Positions 25,364 to 39,549 of a stretch of DNA of 64,000 bases are shown here, piece after piece. This DNA is from Raja brachyura (Eukaryota). A program made the position numbers and the translations under genes. Positions within the stretch are counted from its first letter, which is position 1, and every line of letters starts with the position of its first letter. The stretch lies in the NCBI GenBank assembly GCA_963514005.1, contig OY740807.1, positions 29,760,001-29,824,000 of the forward strand, written 5' to 3'. The notes under the pieces were generated by a model. It searched no databases and was not told where the DNA came from. It saw only the letters and a program-made list of their open reading frames with translations.

Positions 25364-26273
25364 GAAACACAAAATAGGAAAGAATCTACCAATGTGATGT
25401 GGGCTTTTCAGCCACTTTGTGGGATGAAGTGACTTTCACTCGGTATCACTGAGAAAAGTTCCTCTGCATGACTATCTAGCATTAATTCCTTTACTGGTCC
25501 TGCTCTTTCTGGCTGTTAAGGTATGGTAACATTTTTTTTCCTCTTTTTTCTTTTTCAATGATGCTCTGTTTGCCATAAACACAAGAAAATTTGGCCCTGG
25601 GAAAAACAAAACTCTTCACATTTAAAGGGATTGATCTTAACCCATTTGATTGCCAAAGCCAAAGAAAGCCCAGTAAACACCAACAGACACAACGGCTGGA
25701 GTCGACATTTTGTAAGATACTGATCACAAAATGGCAATATCTTTTTTTAAAAAACTCAATTAGTCCCTAAGAGCTTTCAAATCTTGTCAAGGTTGGAAGA
25801 ATGCAGTGATCGACATCTCATCAGCACAATGGTATCCACTGGACTAGGCGGCCGGTCATTATCCCAACTGCAAGTGTTCTGTGGAAATTCTATTTCTTCA
25901 CAATAACACTACCATTGATGGCGAAATGATATGGTCCAAGAATGTTCTGCTCTAAATATAAGACTCCGTGTTTGCTACTGTGGGTGAGGAGCTGCCAGGC
26001 AGTCTTTGAAGTTTCTCTTTTGATCTCAGCCTTACTCCTTTGCTAATAACAGTTTTTTATTCGCTGTCATTTCTTCATGTGAAGAAGACTTGCTGATGAA
26101 GATTCTCAAGTGGTGCTATCGCTCCCCGCAATGTTAGAGAAAAGGCTGACAAGATCTGAAGAGTACCTTTAAAGGATTCAGCTTTTTTTTTCTTTTTTCT
26201 TTAAAGTGAAATGAGGTTGGAACTTTTCAAAATGTTATCATTTTTTAAATTTTATTTTGGATTACTAAAACAA

Positions 26274-26331
26274 AATAAAAATCAGGAACTAGGCAGGTGA
26301 ACCATCAACTGTTCTACCAATCAAAAATAAA
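26274..26331 (+). terminator. Candidate proximal STX1A polyadenylation signals
   Basis: AATAAA at 26274-26279 and 26326-26331, about 0.9 kb after the stop. Confidence 0.3.
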
Positions 26332-27133
26332 TTCTTCCAGCCTTTGAATTGAACCAGAAACCTTGAGAGACTGTGGATTTCACACCAGTCTCCTATATTG
26401 TGAAAGGTATTTCAGTGAGGAACAGTTTTCTTCTCCTTTATATCATCCGTCCTAAACAGATGTAGCTCTTGTGTTAACATCTATAAAGGGCTTGTGTTTG
26501 GAGATTTTGTACCTCGGCTAGAATGAGTTTTCTTGCTTTTGAATTCTAATTTCGTTTAATGACCTACGACATTAAGTCATTTTTTCTGGCTGTTTTTTTC
26601 ACTCGAGCTGTTTTGCCAGGAATACTTGCAAGTCCTCGCCAGCACAGCTGACATGTAACCCTGTCTAACTAGGTATCAAAGGGCTTTAAAGAGCAGTTGG
26701 TCAAGACTTGCTAGTTTTCATCAAGCTGCACTCTGGTTTGGCAGCTCCTTGGGTTGTTGAGGTGATGTCAGTCTGCAAATGGTGCAGAAAGTTCTGTTGC
26801 CAAGTTTCTTCCAGTCTTAGTAAGAAATACATTTTATTTATGCAATTTATGTATTAACAAAAATGTAACTGGATTTTTAAAATTCCAGCTTTTCGTCTAT
26901 TCCAGCAGTGGTGATGCAAAAAGGCTTCCTACGCAGGGCACTGTCATAATACCACTAATCAAATCGCCACATCGCTCACATGTGCTTTCCAAATTTTGTC
27001 ATTTTCCATTTTAGATGAGTAGTTCAAATGTTATAATTTTCCAATTTAGGTTAGCAGTTCTACCAGTTTCTGTTGCCTTCATGTTATACTCACTCACCTG
27101 TTTCCCATGTGCTCACCATTACTATGGAAATTA

Positions 27134-27210
27134 CTCAACCCAAAACGTCACCCATTCCTTCTCTCCAGAGATGCTGCCTGTCCCACTAAGTTACTCCAGC
27201 ATTTTGTGTC
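27134..27210 (+). mobile_element. Penelope terminal-repeat fragment
   Basis: Flanked by the duplication tactatggaaatta. Confidence 0.7.
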
Positions 27211-27503
27211 TACTATGGAAATTAAGTTCCCCCCTTTCTTTTAGTATCACATTGACCTATTTTAGCTCTTCTCCATAATATTTACTTGCAAATACTTTAC
27301 CTTAAAATTCAGTTGTCACTGCAGTATGTTGAGATAGATCTGCTGTTTTCACTGTGACTATGACAATTGACACATACTTAGTCCAGTGACACACTGAGCA
27401 GCAATGAGCTTCAGGAAACCAGTTGATTTACCCTGTAGTCTAAAACGTCTTCAACAGTTTAATCTGCCAACTCAGCTTCGACCAATATTTGTAACTTCAG
27501 TGT

Positions 27504-27728
27504 GGAAAGGAACTGCAGATGCTGGTTTAACCGAAGATAGACACAAAACCTGAAGTAACTCAGCGGGAAAGGCAGCATCTCTGGAGAGAAGGAATGGGTG
27601 ACGTTTTGGGTCGAGACCCTTCTTCAGACCCGAGCTGAAGAAGGGTCTCGACCCGAAACGTCGCCCACTTCTCCTCTCCAGAGATGCTGCCTGCCCCGTT
27701 GAGTTACTCCAGCTTTTTGTGTCTATCT
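27504..27728. mobile_element. Penelope terminal-repeat hairpin insertion
   Basis: Inverted arms; exact 16-bp TSD tttgtaacttcagtgt (27488-27503 and 27729-27744). Confidence 0.85.
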
Positions 27729-27949
27729 TTTGTAACTTCAGTGTTTTCTTTGCCTTTATGACTTGGATATTCAGTCTTAATTATCTGATTGACTGGGAAA
27801 CATCCCGTCAGTAATTGTAATGAGAACAAAGTCAATAGATGTCTCAACACCATCTGAAATTGAAGCAGATTAAGCACAGGAGAGACCTCAAATATAATCC
27901 CCTGCTCTTCATGGTAGATAAATTGACAGGCCATGCTTTAACCATCCAA

Positions 27950-28043
27950 GGTTACACAAAAAGCTGGAGAAACTCAGCGGGTGCAGCAGCATCTAAGGAG
28001 CGAAGGAGATAGGCGACGTTTCGGGTCGAGACCCTTCTTCAGA
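27950..28043 (-). mobile_element. Penelope terminal-repeat insertion with intact hammerhead core
   Basis: TSD tttaaccatccaa. Confidence 0.8.
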
Positions 28044-28688
28044 TTTAACCATCCAACTTGAGTTGCCTTCTGAAGCTAGAAATATCACAAATAACAAATT
28101 CAATGTACACCCCTTCAAACAAAAGCAGCGTTAACTACATAGTTTATATTATTCACAGAGACTAAATTCATGCCATTGCACTGTCACGACAGGGATTCCT
28201 CATCTGCACAACTATTATTGAAACTGCTCTTGTTCCCTTCAGATATGTAAACATCGCTAACCCGGTGACAGTTGGCTGTTGATATGCAGGTTTTGCTGAA
28301 AGTAACTGCTCACTTAAGCTCACCATTGTGAGTAGCCTTGGCAGCAACGGAGACTTCTGTTTTTTTTTGTCAGTTCTGATGTTTCAGAATTTTTTCCTGT
28401 CTTTTGCACATTGATTCGACCTTTCACCGATGTGAAACTGTGAGTGAGTGAGGCATGGCTGAGATCAGCAGGGAAAAACTATTCTCACTTAGGTTAAGCC
28501 ACAAAATAGAATGAGCAAGGTCATATCAGGACAGTAAATCTGAAAAGGAAATCAAAACCTGGCAGGCCTATTAACATCTTTCATGACTATGACTTAGCAA
28601 GTGACGTCAAAGTCTGTGGGATTGAGAGTGAGTGAATAAAAGAAAATGGAAAATTGCAGTTCACTTGTAAGGACAGTGCATAATAGGA

Positions 28689-28778
28689 GGGTACACAAAA
28701 GGCTGGAGAAACTCAGCGGGTGCAGCAGCATCTAAGGAGCGAAGGAGATGGGCGACGTTTCGGGTCGAGACCCTTCTT
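28689..28778 (-). mobile_element. Penelope terminal-repeat insertion
   Basis: TSD cagtgcataatagga; near-identical to 27950-28043. Confidence 0.8.
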
Positions 28779-28992
28779 CAGTGCATAATAGGATATGTGT
28801 CTGCTGACTGGACATCACCAGTATGGAAAGATCTGGTTAAACAATGACACTGACCACCACCCACCATTACAGACTAATTGCAAGCTACCTCTGTCGCTCA
28901 ATATGTACAGATACTTTGAATGGATTCTTCAGGATAGTGTACACAGGCCAGGAGTATAGGCACATTCCAGAGCGGCACGTAATAAATATAGG

Positions 28993-29181
28993 TGTTTAAG
29001 AAAGAACTGCAGATGCTGGATAAATCGAAGGTAGACAAAAATGCTGGAGAAACTCAGCGGGTGAGGCAGCAACTATGGAGCGAAGGAATAGGTGACGTTT
29101 CGGATTGAGACCCTTCCTCGGACTCCTTCGCTCTATAAATGCTGCCTCACCCACTGAGTTTCTCCAGCATTTTTGTTTACC
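28993..29181. mobile_element. Penelope terminal-repeat hairpin insertion
   Basis: Inverted arms; flanking aataaatatagg duplication. Confidence 0.75.
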
Positions 29182-32100
29182 TGTAATAAATATAGGAATC
29201 AGTAAATAACATGTTCCAGAGCAACTATATATTTCCAAATTTTCTGGACAGATGATAATGTATTTGAGAAATTGAAGGAGATATTCCCTGTTTTTTTTTA
29301 AAGTTCCTTTACAAACAGAATGTGGCAAGCTCCCCAGTTCAGCAAATGTGGTTCCAATAAACAGAAAAAGGAGTGAGTTGCAACAATGATAATTCAGATT
29401 AATTCCTAAATATCACAAAAAAATGATTTAAGGGCATTCAGCATGATGCAATCAATAAACATTTGGAGAACAGAAGCATAAAAAAATTAATATAATCTGC
29501 CATAACCTGCAATCGCTCAGATCATGCAAATTGATCCAGATGCAAGTCTGAAGCATTCCAGATTCCAGCAATGAGATTTAGGGAAAGGTATATCCTTCAA
29601 TGTACATAGAAAGCCCCCCAGAGACCTTGACAGCTGGCAAAGCCTTGTTCCCAGCTATGTCAGCTGTCAAAGCTATGTAAATATTTCTGAATGCCTCTGA
29701 TATCCAGAAACATTTATTTAATTTTAATTAGTTAAAAAATAAAATTACTAAAAATCAGCTGAAAGTAAATTGTTAATATCATTGCACAAAACAAATTATT
29801 TTAAAAAAGACACGAGCCTTCCCCTTTTCATCTATCTATGAGACCATTTAAATGGATCAATACTGCCAATTCTGTATGTTTATCAGCAGATTTCAGGTCT
29901 ATAGTTGCAGAAATGCTACCAGTTGTGACATTGCTTGGAGGTAATAGTGGAGTCAAAAAAATGTTTTTAAAATAAAATGAAAAATCAGTGTAGAAAGGAA
30001 GCTGCAGATTCATAAAAGAGGCTGTCTAAGTGGATTGAGAATTGATTTTGCACTGGATGGTCGATCGATAAATGACAAAGTATTGCTGGAGAACAAATAG
30101 CAAGTGAACTGCCATAAATATCTGATGTGTTTAACAATATTTGTAAGTGATGCAAGGCACTAGAGTCATGGCAGACAATAGATTATCTCCAATAGATTCA
30201 GATCAATTACATAGGCTGTTTATTGAAATAGAAAGCAGACTTTCTCCAGAATAAATTTAGAGTCACCATCTAGTATGAGGTGATTTTGCAATATTTATTA
30301 CTAGACCAACTCCCTGAGGTGACATATAAAGCTCCACATTTTTGGAAGGTTTTAGTACATGGCAGGAATATTCAGGAAAGTTTGACGTGAACAGGGGTTA
30401 AATGGGTAGAGACTGCTAAATACTGTCCTTGCCAGGTATAATGGTCTCTAAAACAAAGGTTTCCTCTGTTTGTCTCCATGACTGCATCTTTAAATAAATA
30501 TTTATAATTTTAATCCAGATACTCAACAGAAATCTTCCGTTGTTGAAAAGGAATCAGGCCAGATCTGTCAACTCTGTTCAATGTAGAATTAAATAGAAAT
30601 ATATTGGGTGGGGCAGCATAAAGTGAATGAGATACCAGGGAAGAATTGAGAAATCTGAGATATTCTTGGAAGAAGGTGATTTTTTTGCAGCCAGGAAAGC
30701 TGATCATTCAGAGATTATAAAAGTATGAAAACTACAAACAGAAAAATCGATACTCACAATATACTTTGGGAATTACTTTGCAAGGGAGATGGACATAGAC
30801 GTTGGTGTAATCAAGAAATCTTTTAGATGGGAGTGCAATGTATAAAATAGTGGATTCAGTTTACACAATGAATATCTGGCCTTTGTAAGATTTATCATGC
30901 AGGAGCAATGGGCTACATTGGAGGAGTTCATGCAAATGATAGTTCAAATGCCCCGAAGTTCTTCTGAAACACAATCTTAAATTTATATTCTTAATGTTAG
31001 TCAACATTATGGGCGGCATCTTCTGCTCCTTCCCCTGACGAGTAGGATGAAGAAGATTTGATATAACCTCTCCCATGTTCTGCCTTTATTCAACTATATT
31101 TTATACTCATAGTTGTCATCAGAGGATTTGATTTCAAAGAGATCTAAATTATTTAAATCATCTTTGAGCTTCATTATTATTTATTCTATATTGCCTTTTT
31201 GTGTTGGCTATAAGTGTGAAGATATTTCTGATTATAAAGTTATTCAAGATCATTCTTATTGCTAATAGAAAATGTCACAGTACGACTCAGATTCTAGTTT
31301 TCACCATTACTTTGAACTTGGCCATTATATTTTCACCCACTGTTTTCACATATAAATAATGACAGAAAATGAGATCATCTCAGAAAATTAGCATTGAGCA
31401 TTCCATTTGCTATACTAACTGAAGCCATCTACTTATCCCTTTACTCGTATTTTCAACTATTCTCATGATATTATGCTCCTTTAATATATTCTGATATTGA
31501 CTGTAGGTTTAATCTTTTCTTGCGGCTGTAGTCATAAATCATACATTGCAGATACAGGTCTTTCAGCCCACCTACTTTATTTTCACTATAAAGCATCCAT
31601 TTGCACTAATCCTACTATAGACTCATTTTATTCTCCTCACATTCACATCAACTACCCCAGATTCTACCATTCATCGATTCAATATACAGTGGCTTATTAA
31701 CAGTTGGAATATGGGAGGGAATCTGAGCATTCAGGAGAAACCCACATGGTCAGAGGGAGAACATGCACACTCCACACAGACATCAGCAGAGGTTGGGACT
31801 GAGCCCAGGTCATTGGAGCAGTGAGACAGCGGATCTACTACATTGTTGTCCTGTCCAATATGCAATTCCTTAAATACTTCGCTATTTCTAGGCTGAGCTC
31901 TAAATCTTCATTATTAATGACACACCTCAGTATATTCCCTCAATCATTGAGTACTAACATATTTTCCCTTTAGCCTCTTCTCCATAATATGCAAGATGTT
32001 GCGATACAAGTTTAGCTGAAAACAAGGCATGTTTTTGATGAGGTCATTCCCAGTTACAAGGTGTAAATTACGAGTTGGTTGTGATGTATGATGAACCTGG

Positions 32101-33169
32101 TCCAACCCCATTTTCTCAGTTAGTTAAAAAAATTAACAAGAAGTCTGCAAGATTCTCTTAAATTGAGGTTTAGCTGTCCCAGGAAATAGCTTAATGCTGC
32201 TTGGAGGTGTATGATGAGACTGATGGAGAATTGGGAGGGAAATTTAAGTTGTTACGAGGTGAACAGGGTACAAAAACATGTCATTGTTGGAATGGGCTGG
32301 ACTTAATACATTTGAATCTTTTCATCGCTTTCCATGCATTATTATCTTCATAAATATTTCAATCCTGATGCTTCCCTATACATGATTAATGTAGGTAACT
32401 TATCATTGTTAAAGAACAGGCCCAGAATAACCATCATTGATGTTAGCACCACAACAGACTAGGAGACAATCCTTCACCATTTTAGAGGCATATTTTGGAG
32501 TTATTTTTATCCCAAGTCAAGTGTTATTCGTCACTTGCACATAAAGTGCAGTGAAATGAATTTGCCAGCAGCGGTACAATTTAAAAAAAACACACAGTAC
32601 ACAATAACATTTTAACACAAACATCCACCACAGCATTCATCACTGTGGTGGAAGGCACAAAATTTGGTCAGTCCTTCTCCATTTTCCCCCGTGGTCGGGA
32701 CCACAACTCTCCGCAGTCGCCTCTGCGGGCGTCCAGATGTACATACAATATCCAGAAAGTAAATGCCAATTAATGCTCTAACCTCCTTACACGTCTCGTT
32801 TATCCATCTTGTCATTGGACTACCTTCCTTATTGCAGTATCTCTCCTTCCCGCCCTGACATTTTACACTCCCAAGGCAACAAAAACCAAGTATTTGCTCT
32901 TATTCCGGTCTTGTTTAACTTCAAAACGTGTATCCGTTGTCAGTTTAAACACATTTTTGCAATCTCATTTGTTCTGGTTTTTTAAAAAATATTTTGTCCA
33001 TTCTCCTCACATTTCACCCTAACTCTACAGATATAAACACTTTAACATCATCATACACTCCCCTCTTGGAATCACCCCAATCAATTCACAAGAGTTAAAG
33101 CTAGTTGTAATTATCCAGATCAGTTGTCATTCAAAAATCATTGACAGAAGGGGATGATACAGAAGCAAA

Positions 33170-34095
33170 TTTGACTGATGGAATTGATGGTTTGCGGATG
33201 AAGTTTGCAGATGATTTGAATATGGGTAGAGGGGCAGGTGGTGACGAGGAAGCCGGTTGGCTTCAGAAGGACTCTGACAAGTTGGGAGAGTGGGCAAAGA
33301 AGTGGCAGATGGAATGCAGTGTGCAGTCAGGCACTTTAGTTGTAGGAATACAAATCCCTTTATACAAATAAACTATTTTCTAAATGGGGAGAGGATTCAG
33401 AAATTGGAGGTGTAAAGGGACGTGGGAGTGCTGGTGCAGAATTCCCAAAAGTGTAATTTGCTGGTTGAATCGATGCTGCTGGTAGCATGCATTTCGAAAG
33501 GGCTCGAATATAAAAGCATGGATGGTCCTTTATAAGCCACTGGTCAGACCGTATATGGAGCATTGTGAGCAGTTTTAGGCCCCATATCTGAGGAAGGATG
33601 TGCTGGCTTTGGAGAAGGTTCAGAGGACGCTTATGATAATGATCCCAGGAATGAGTGGGTTGACATATGATGTGTTTGACAGCTCTCTGGACATGTCCTT
33701 GTTGGAGTTTAGAAGGATGAGAGGGGATCTCATTGAAACTTGCCGAATAGTGAAAGTCCTGGATGTGGAGACGATGTTTTCACTAGTAGGAGCATCTAGA
33801 ACCACAGGACACTGCCTCAGAATAATAGGACGTACCTTTACAAAGGAGAGGATTAAGAATTTCTTTAGTCAGAGGGTGATGAATCTGTGGAATTCATTGC
33901 CACAGACATCTGTGGAGGCCACGTCCTTGGGTACATTTAAAGCAGAGATTAACAGGTTCTTGATCAGTAACGGTGTCCAAGGTTATGGGGAGAAGGAAGG
34001 AGAATGGGGTCGAGAAGGAAAGATAGATCAGCCATGATTGAATGTCGGAGTAGACTCGGGCTAATATGGCTAAATCTGATCCTATGACTTCTGAA
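33170..34095 (+). mobile_element. CR1 LINE RT C-terminal fragment
   Basis: KFADDLNMG...LQKDSDKLGEWAKKWQME; LEKVQR...LEFRRMRGDLIETCRI...NFFSQRVMNLWNSLP. Confidence 0.88.
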
Positions 34096-34792
34096 CATGA
34101 ATTTGAAGTACGCATATTTGTCTTGATCACTGGGATGAAGTAGGTGCTACTACCCTTCGTTCCACATACTTTGGGCAGGACGTCTAAAATTACAAGCTGT
34201 GAACTAACAATTTATCATGTCAATTTCTCTTCCGAATCACACCTCATTTATTTCATTTATTCACTTTTTTTTTCCAACTCTCAACTTAAACTCAGCAGTA
34301 AAAGTAAACTTCACAGCTTTATTAAGTGAAATGTGAGGGTGAAAGAGAAGACTGTGCACATCACATAAGGGCCTTGTCATTCAAAGGAGACGTATCCTGC
34401 CAGCAGAATTGGTGGGTGTCCAGAGGAAGAGCCGAGGCAACCTGCAGCTAAAATAAAATCTGGCTTTCAATAAGCAGAGTTTATTCATAAAAACCCAAGC
34501 ACAGACAAATCGATCAGAGTCCTGCACTAAGCCATCACACATGTAGATAACGTCATCTAAACACTTGCTAAAATAATCCAGGGAGGGTATAAGTGAATTA
34601 GCTTTCAATGTGGGAAATCAAGTCAAATAGATTATAGATATTCATGGGGTTGGTCTATATTTTAAAGAAACGTAGGTTAGTGATTTAGTCATGAATGCTT
34701 AAGAAACAAATACGTTCAGCAAGCGCTTTAACATAGCTGGACACAGATAAAATACATTAAAGCTGGGGATAATCATCTGGAATAGGTTTTTT

Positions 34793-35002
34793 GTAAGAAA
34801 GAACTGCAGATGCTGGTTTACATTGAAGGTGGACACAAAATGCTGGAATAACTCAGCTGGACAGGCAGCATCTCTGAAGAGAAGGAATGGAGAGAGACTT
34901 CTTCAGTCTGAAGTAGGGTCTCGACCCGAAACATCGCCCATTTCTTCTCCCCAGAGATGCTGCCTGTCCCGCTGAGTTACTCCAGCATTTTGTGTCTACC
35001 TT
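34793..35002. mobile_element. Penelope terminal-repeat hairpin insertion
   Basis: Inverted gacacaaaatgctgg / ccagcattttgtgtc arms. Confidence 0.75.
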
Positions 35003-36109
35003 GGAGTAGATCTTCATGGGCAGTGGTGTGCGTTAACAATAGAAGGTGAGGTTTAAACTCTGCATTGACCATATAATGTTTCTAATTGTTTTGACTTTGA
35101 CTATTTTATACGGTGCCTTTATTGATATTGATGGAAAGGATCCCACAACAAACTTGCTATATATTTTTGCAAATCAGTGCTGTTTAAGTAATGATGCTTC
35201 ATTTAAAAAATTTTAAATGTCCATTTTTGAAATTAATAGGCCTTCACTTCTGAATGCTTTTCTAAGTCTATACAACAGTGCGGTGTTAGAGAAGAAAGTA
35301 TTTTCAATTTGAGGGATTATTTTTGTTTTACAAAGTTTTTACTGACTAACTAGTTACTAAATTACTAGTTTTTAACTTTACTAAATCACTGGATTAAATG
35401 TGCTTAATTACACAGATCTCTCTCCATTCCTGTATATCACCGAACTTTTGTATAATTTTATGGGATCCTCTTGAAAAGAAGGGAATGTCATAAGTGGGGA
35501 AAGGAGATGGCATGCTTTCATGAAGTGCAGGATCACGTTTTATCCCAGACTTTCAGTAATAAATGTATATGTAACAACAGTCTTACAGTTTCATCCAGTT
35601 AACTGTGTGATACTTAGTAACAGTTAGTGCGCTGTAGTCTATTTTGTCCATACTATTAAAATTAAGAGATGGACTGCAAACATTTTTGCAAAGGGCTTGT
35701 ATGTCAGAGTAAGATTCATCTACATCACTACGGCCATTGACAAGTACAGTAATATCATCCGAATAGCAATGAAATATGAAGTGAGTGCGTTGAAATGCAT
35801 TGGGAAGCTTTTTATGCCTAAGCAAGACATAAATCAGATGGGTTTCAGCAATGAAGTTCAGAGTTCCTGAAAATTATCTGTGAGTGCTGTGCCCTGTATA
35901 ATTTAGCAATTCATTTATTAGTGGAGAGGTCTGGACTCTTGCCAGGGAGAAGGTGTTGCAGCCTATGTGCAGTGTGGAATGCTGCCATATCAAGCAATGA
36001 CTGACAGATCATTAAAGTAAATGGTATAACTATGGCTCGGTACTGACAGCCCACGTACTACAGATGTCCTTTTAACAACATAGTAGACCAACTCAATTTT
36101 ACCACCACC

Positions 36110-36620
36110 CTGGGATGTCATTGTACAGCTTTACAAGACATTTGGAGCACTGTGTACAGTTCAGGTCACCCTGCGATAGGAAGGATGTCATTAAACTGGA
36201 AAGGGTGAAGATTTATGAAGACGTCACCAGTTCTGGAAGGTTTGAGTTCTATGGAGAGGCTGAATGGGTCAGGACTTTTTTCCTTTGAGCAGAGAAGGCG
36301 GAGGGATGATTTTATACCCTAAGCAAAATAAGGCACAGAGCCATAATTTTTACCCTGAGTAGGGGAGTTCAAAGCTAGAGGGCATAGGTTTAAGGTGAGA
36401 GGGGAGAGCTTTAAAAGGGATGTATGGGGCAATTTGTACAGAGGGTAGTGCGTATATGGAACGAGCTGCCAGGGAAAGTAGTAGAGGCTGATACAATTAC
36501 AACGTTTAAAAGACAGGTACATGGATAGGAAAGATCAGGACTAGACAAGTGGGACTAACTCGGTTCGGCAACTTGGTCAGCATGGAAGAGTTGGGCAGAA
36601 GTCCTGTATAGCTTTATGAT
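36110..36620 (+). mobile_element. CR1 LINE 3' fragment
   Basis: ttggagcactgtgtacagttc...agagggcataggtttaaggtgagagggg. Confidence 0.75.
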
Positions 36621-37104
36621 CCCAACCTTCAGGCATTTCTACTCCGCATTAGAAAGAGAGTGAAAATAATACTTCCCTACTCAAATTTACTTTAATTGTT
36701 ATTTCTTTGGTCCTTGGCTTTGGGGTGAATATAGCATAGACTTTCTATTCAGTCTTGTGCTCGAACGCCACATTTTTCAGGCAAAGTGCATGGAGTGGCA
36801 AACTGCTGCCAAAGACAGCTTCATAACATGGTAATAGCATTGTTACTTTCTGTAGGACGATAAACAACCTGCAGATTCTATCAGTAATTCTATGTTTGTG
36901 CTACCTACAGACTTCAGCTATGATCCGTGTCTTCGAGACGTACAAGTATTACTATTTTTTTTAAAGTAAATGGACTAGGCAATGGTTGCAAAGGAACCAG
37001 ACGTGCATTTTAGAGTCATGGCCATTTACATCAGTGAGCCCAATCATCATAATTAAAATTGTTTAGGCATCTAACGTTGTTCACTGGGCACTTGTAATAC
37101 AGGA

Positions 37105-37254
37105 AGGAACTGCAGATGTTGGTTTACACCAAAGATTGACACAAAATGCTGGAGTAACTCAGCGGGTCAGGCAGCATCTCAAAATGTTAACTCTCCACAA
37201 TCTCCAGCGATGCTGCCTGATGCACTGAGTTACTCCAGCATTTTGTGTCTATCT
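37105..37254. mobile_element. Penelope terminal-repeat hairpin insertion
   Basis: Flanks acttgtaatacagga / acttgtagtacagga (15-bp TSD, one mismatch). Confidence 0.75.
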
Positions 37255-39549
37255 ACTTGTAGTACAGGATTGAGGTATGAATCTCCACTGTGGCTTTCAG
37301 TGGAATGTTCTGTCAGTCATCAGCATTCCAGGCTCCAGGTGCATTAGATAGTTGGAGCATCAGTCAGAGAAGTGAATGGTTTGAGTTTTTATTATTGTAA
37401 AGGGTTGGATGCGATTGCCCCTTGTAAATGATCAAGGATTAATGTGGTGACAACTAAGCCAAGGTCAACCCAGCCTTCATCCTTATTTTTTCCACAATAG
37501 TTTGTGAGCTGCGAGGAAGATCAGATACCCTTTCAACTCCACAATTTGAGATTGTAATGCCTACCTATCTCCGCCATCTCCTCACCAATAACGTACACCT
37601 CATTCTTTTGTGAACTTAACTCTCCTTTGCTGACGACCTGCCAGCAGCCCAGTTAAATACCACAGTCAAGTTACGAGACTATTTCCATTGTTTCAACATT
37701 GAATGGCATGAATCACATAAAACCACCCGATATAAAGTAAAAGAAAATTCATTGGAATTTCAGACCAGATCACATGTTCAGTTAAAAATTAATGAAGTCT
37801 CCAGTCTGGTCCACATGGGATCTAACAACCTGCTTCACAGCTCATTAAGATTCAATCTTACTGAGTTCTGAAATAAAGGATGATTGAATATCAGGTTGGC
37901 TCTTGGAGGAATCTACAGGGTAGCAGCTGATGAAGACTGCAGGGCAATAACACACTAAGAAAACCACAGAGAGAAAGTGAATCCACGATGACTGACTAAG
38001 GCCTTATTGCTGGATTCTTTCATTTCACCACATCTTCCATGGCATTGCACTCCAAGCAGATCTGGTACATTCTTTCATTAATGTTATGATTTAAAAAAAA
38101 CAACAAAATTGCCTTTTGTATGGCCTAGATCCCTGCGTTGCTTGAAGACTTTATTGTTCATCTAAAGCCAATGTTCTGTGCCAATTATCTGGTGTTTGGT
38201 ATTTTAGCTGCTTTCGAATGTACACAAACAAGTCACCAGCCTGTGACTGAGCAGACCGGAAGCCTGGCTAAGCTCAGCTAAAGTTTGCACCCCTTCCCTA
38301 CATGTACAGCACAAACTGCAGCCAGGCTTGGCTCAGCTCCAGTCTGCCCATCACTATCCCCACCCACCCCACCAATGTGTAGCACAAACCGAAACCTGGA
38401 CTTGTGAACCTGCTGCATCCGCTGATTAACAAATTGTTTGCACGTTAGCCTATGAAAAGCAGTGTTTCGTCTCGTGTCTGTGATTAGTTTGGTTTTGGCT
38501 TATCTGTCTCAAAATAAATGTGGTGTCCAAACTCTGTATTTTGAAAAGTAAAAGCCTGGATGAGGATGTTTTGTAGAAATTGGGAGTTTCAATCTGCACC
38601 CCATTGCGATTTCTAAATACGTCACTGATTCTGATATTTGGTACAAAAAAAAAACCTTCCCTGGAGAAACCCTTATGCATTCTTTCATTAGCACCTGTGT
38701 CAGATCTGAAGATTAAAAAAACTCAGTGTTTTCTACATTTGCAGCTTACACGCTTTAGTTTAAATCAAAGTTACCATAAGCACTGTATGGGCTGGCATGG
38801 GACCTGCCCAAATTCCTCACTTCCCATGAAAAGCACAAGGATGGAAAATGTCACAGGACAGGGCGTGGAAGCAAAATGTTTACGCTTTGTGTCTGAAATA
38901 AAAATCAGTTAGTAGGAGAGGCAGCCTCAGTGGTTGCTGCTTGCACCATCCCTTCCACTCTCCTCCTTTGCCTTCCCTTATTACTCCTTTTGGTTACTGA
39001 ATTGCAATTTTGTTCTCTGACCCCCTCTGCAACTTTTCATAGTTTGCCCGTCACAATACCTGATGTTATTTTCAAACTCACAAACATAAATGTGCAACAG
39101 GTAAATCACAATTCGTCACCTACTATACCCCAGTGAAACACCCAGCTTGCAAAGGTGTGACAAACAGTACATTCTTTACTAGCCAACAATTGAAAGCACT
39201 ACATGTCTGGTGAATAAATAAAAGCAAAGCATCATGCTCCAATTCACTCTCTGATCTGGATGGGCTTAGACAAGAACAGCTGTAGTATCATCCCATCCCC
39301 TGCTGCTGCTGCCGCTGCCATGGGCTGTACAGTGTACTAATTGGGGGGGAACAACCGAGAGGCCAGTGTAGGTGTTATCGAAGCAAAGAGCAGAAGCAGC
39401 TGCATTAGAACCCTGCTGGGTAGTAGTAACAATAGGATTAGGAGCCCAATGCTGGAGGGTTTAAAGTCATTCTGCGAGGGTTCTGCAATGTTCTTGAGAT
39501 AGAGAGGTGAAAGAATGGAGGAAGAAGGGTGACTAAAGTGAAAGGTGAA

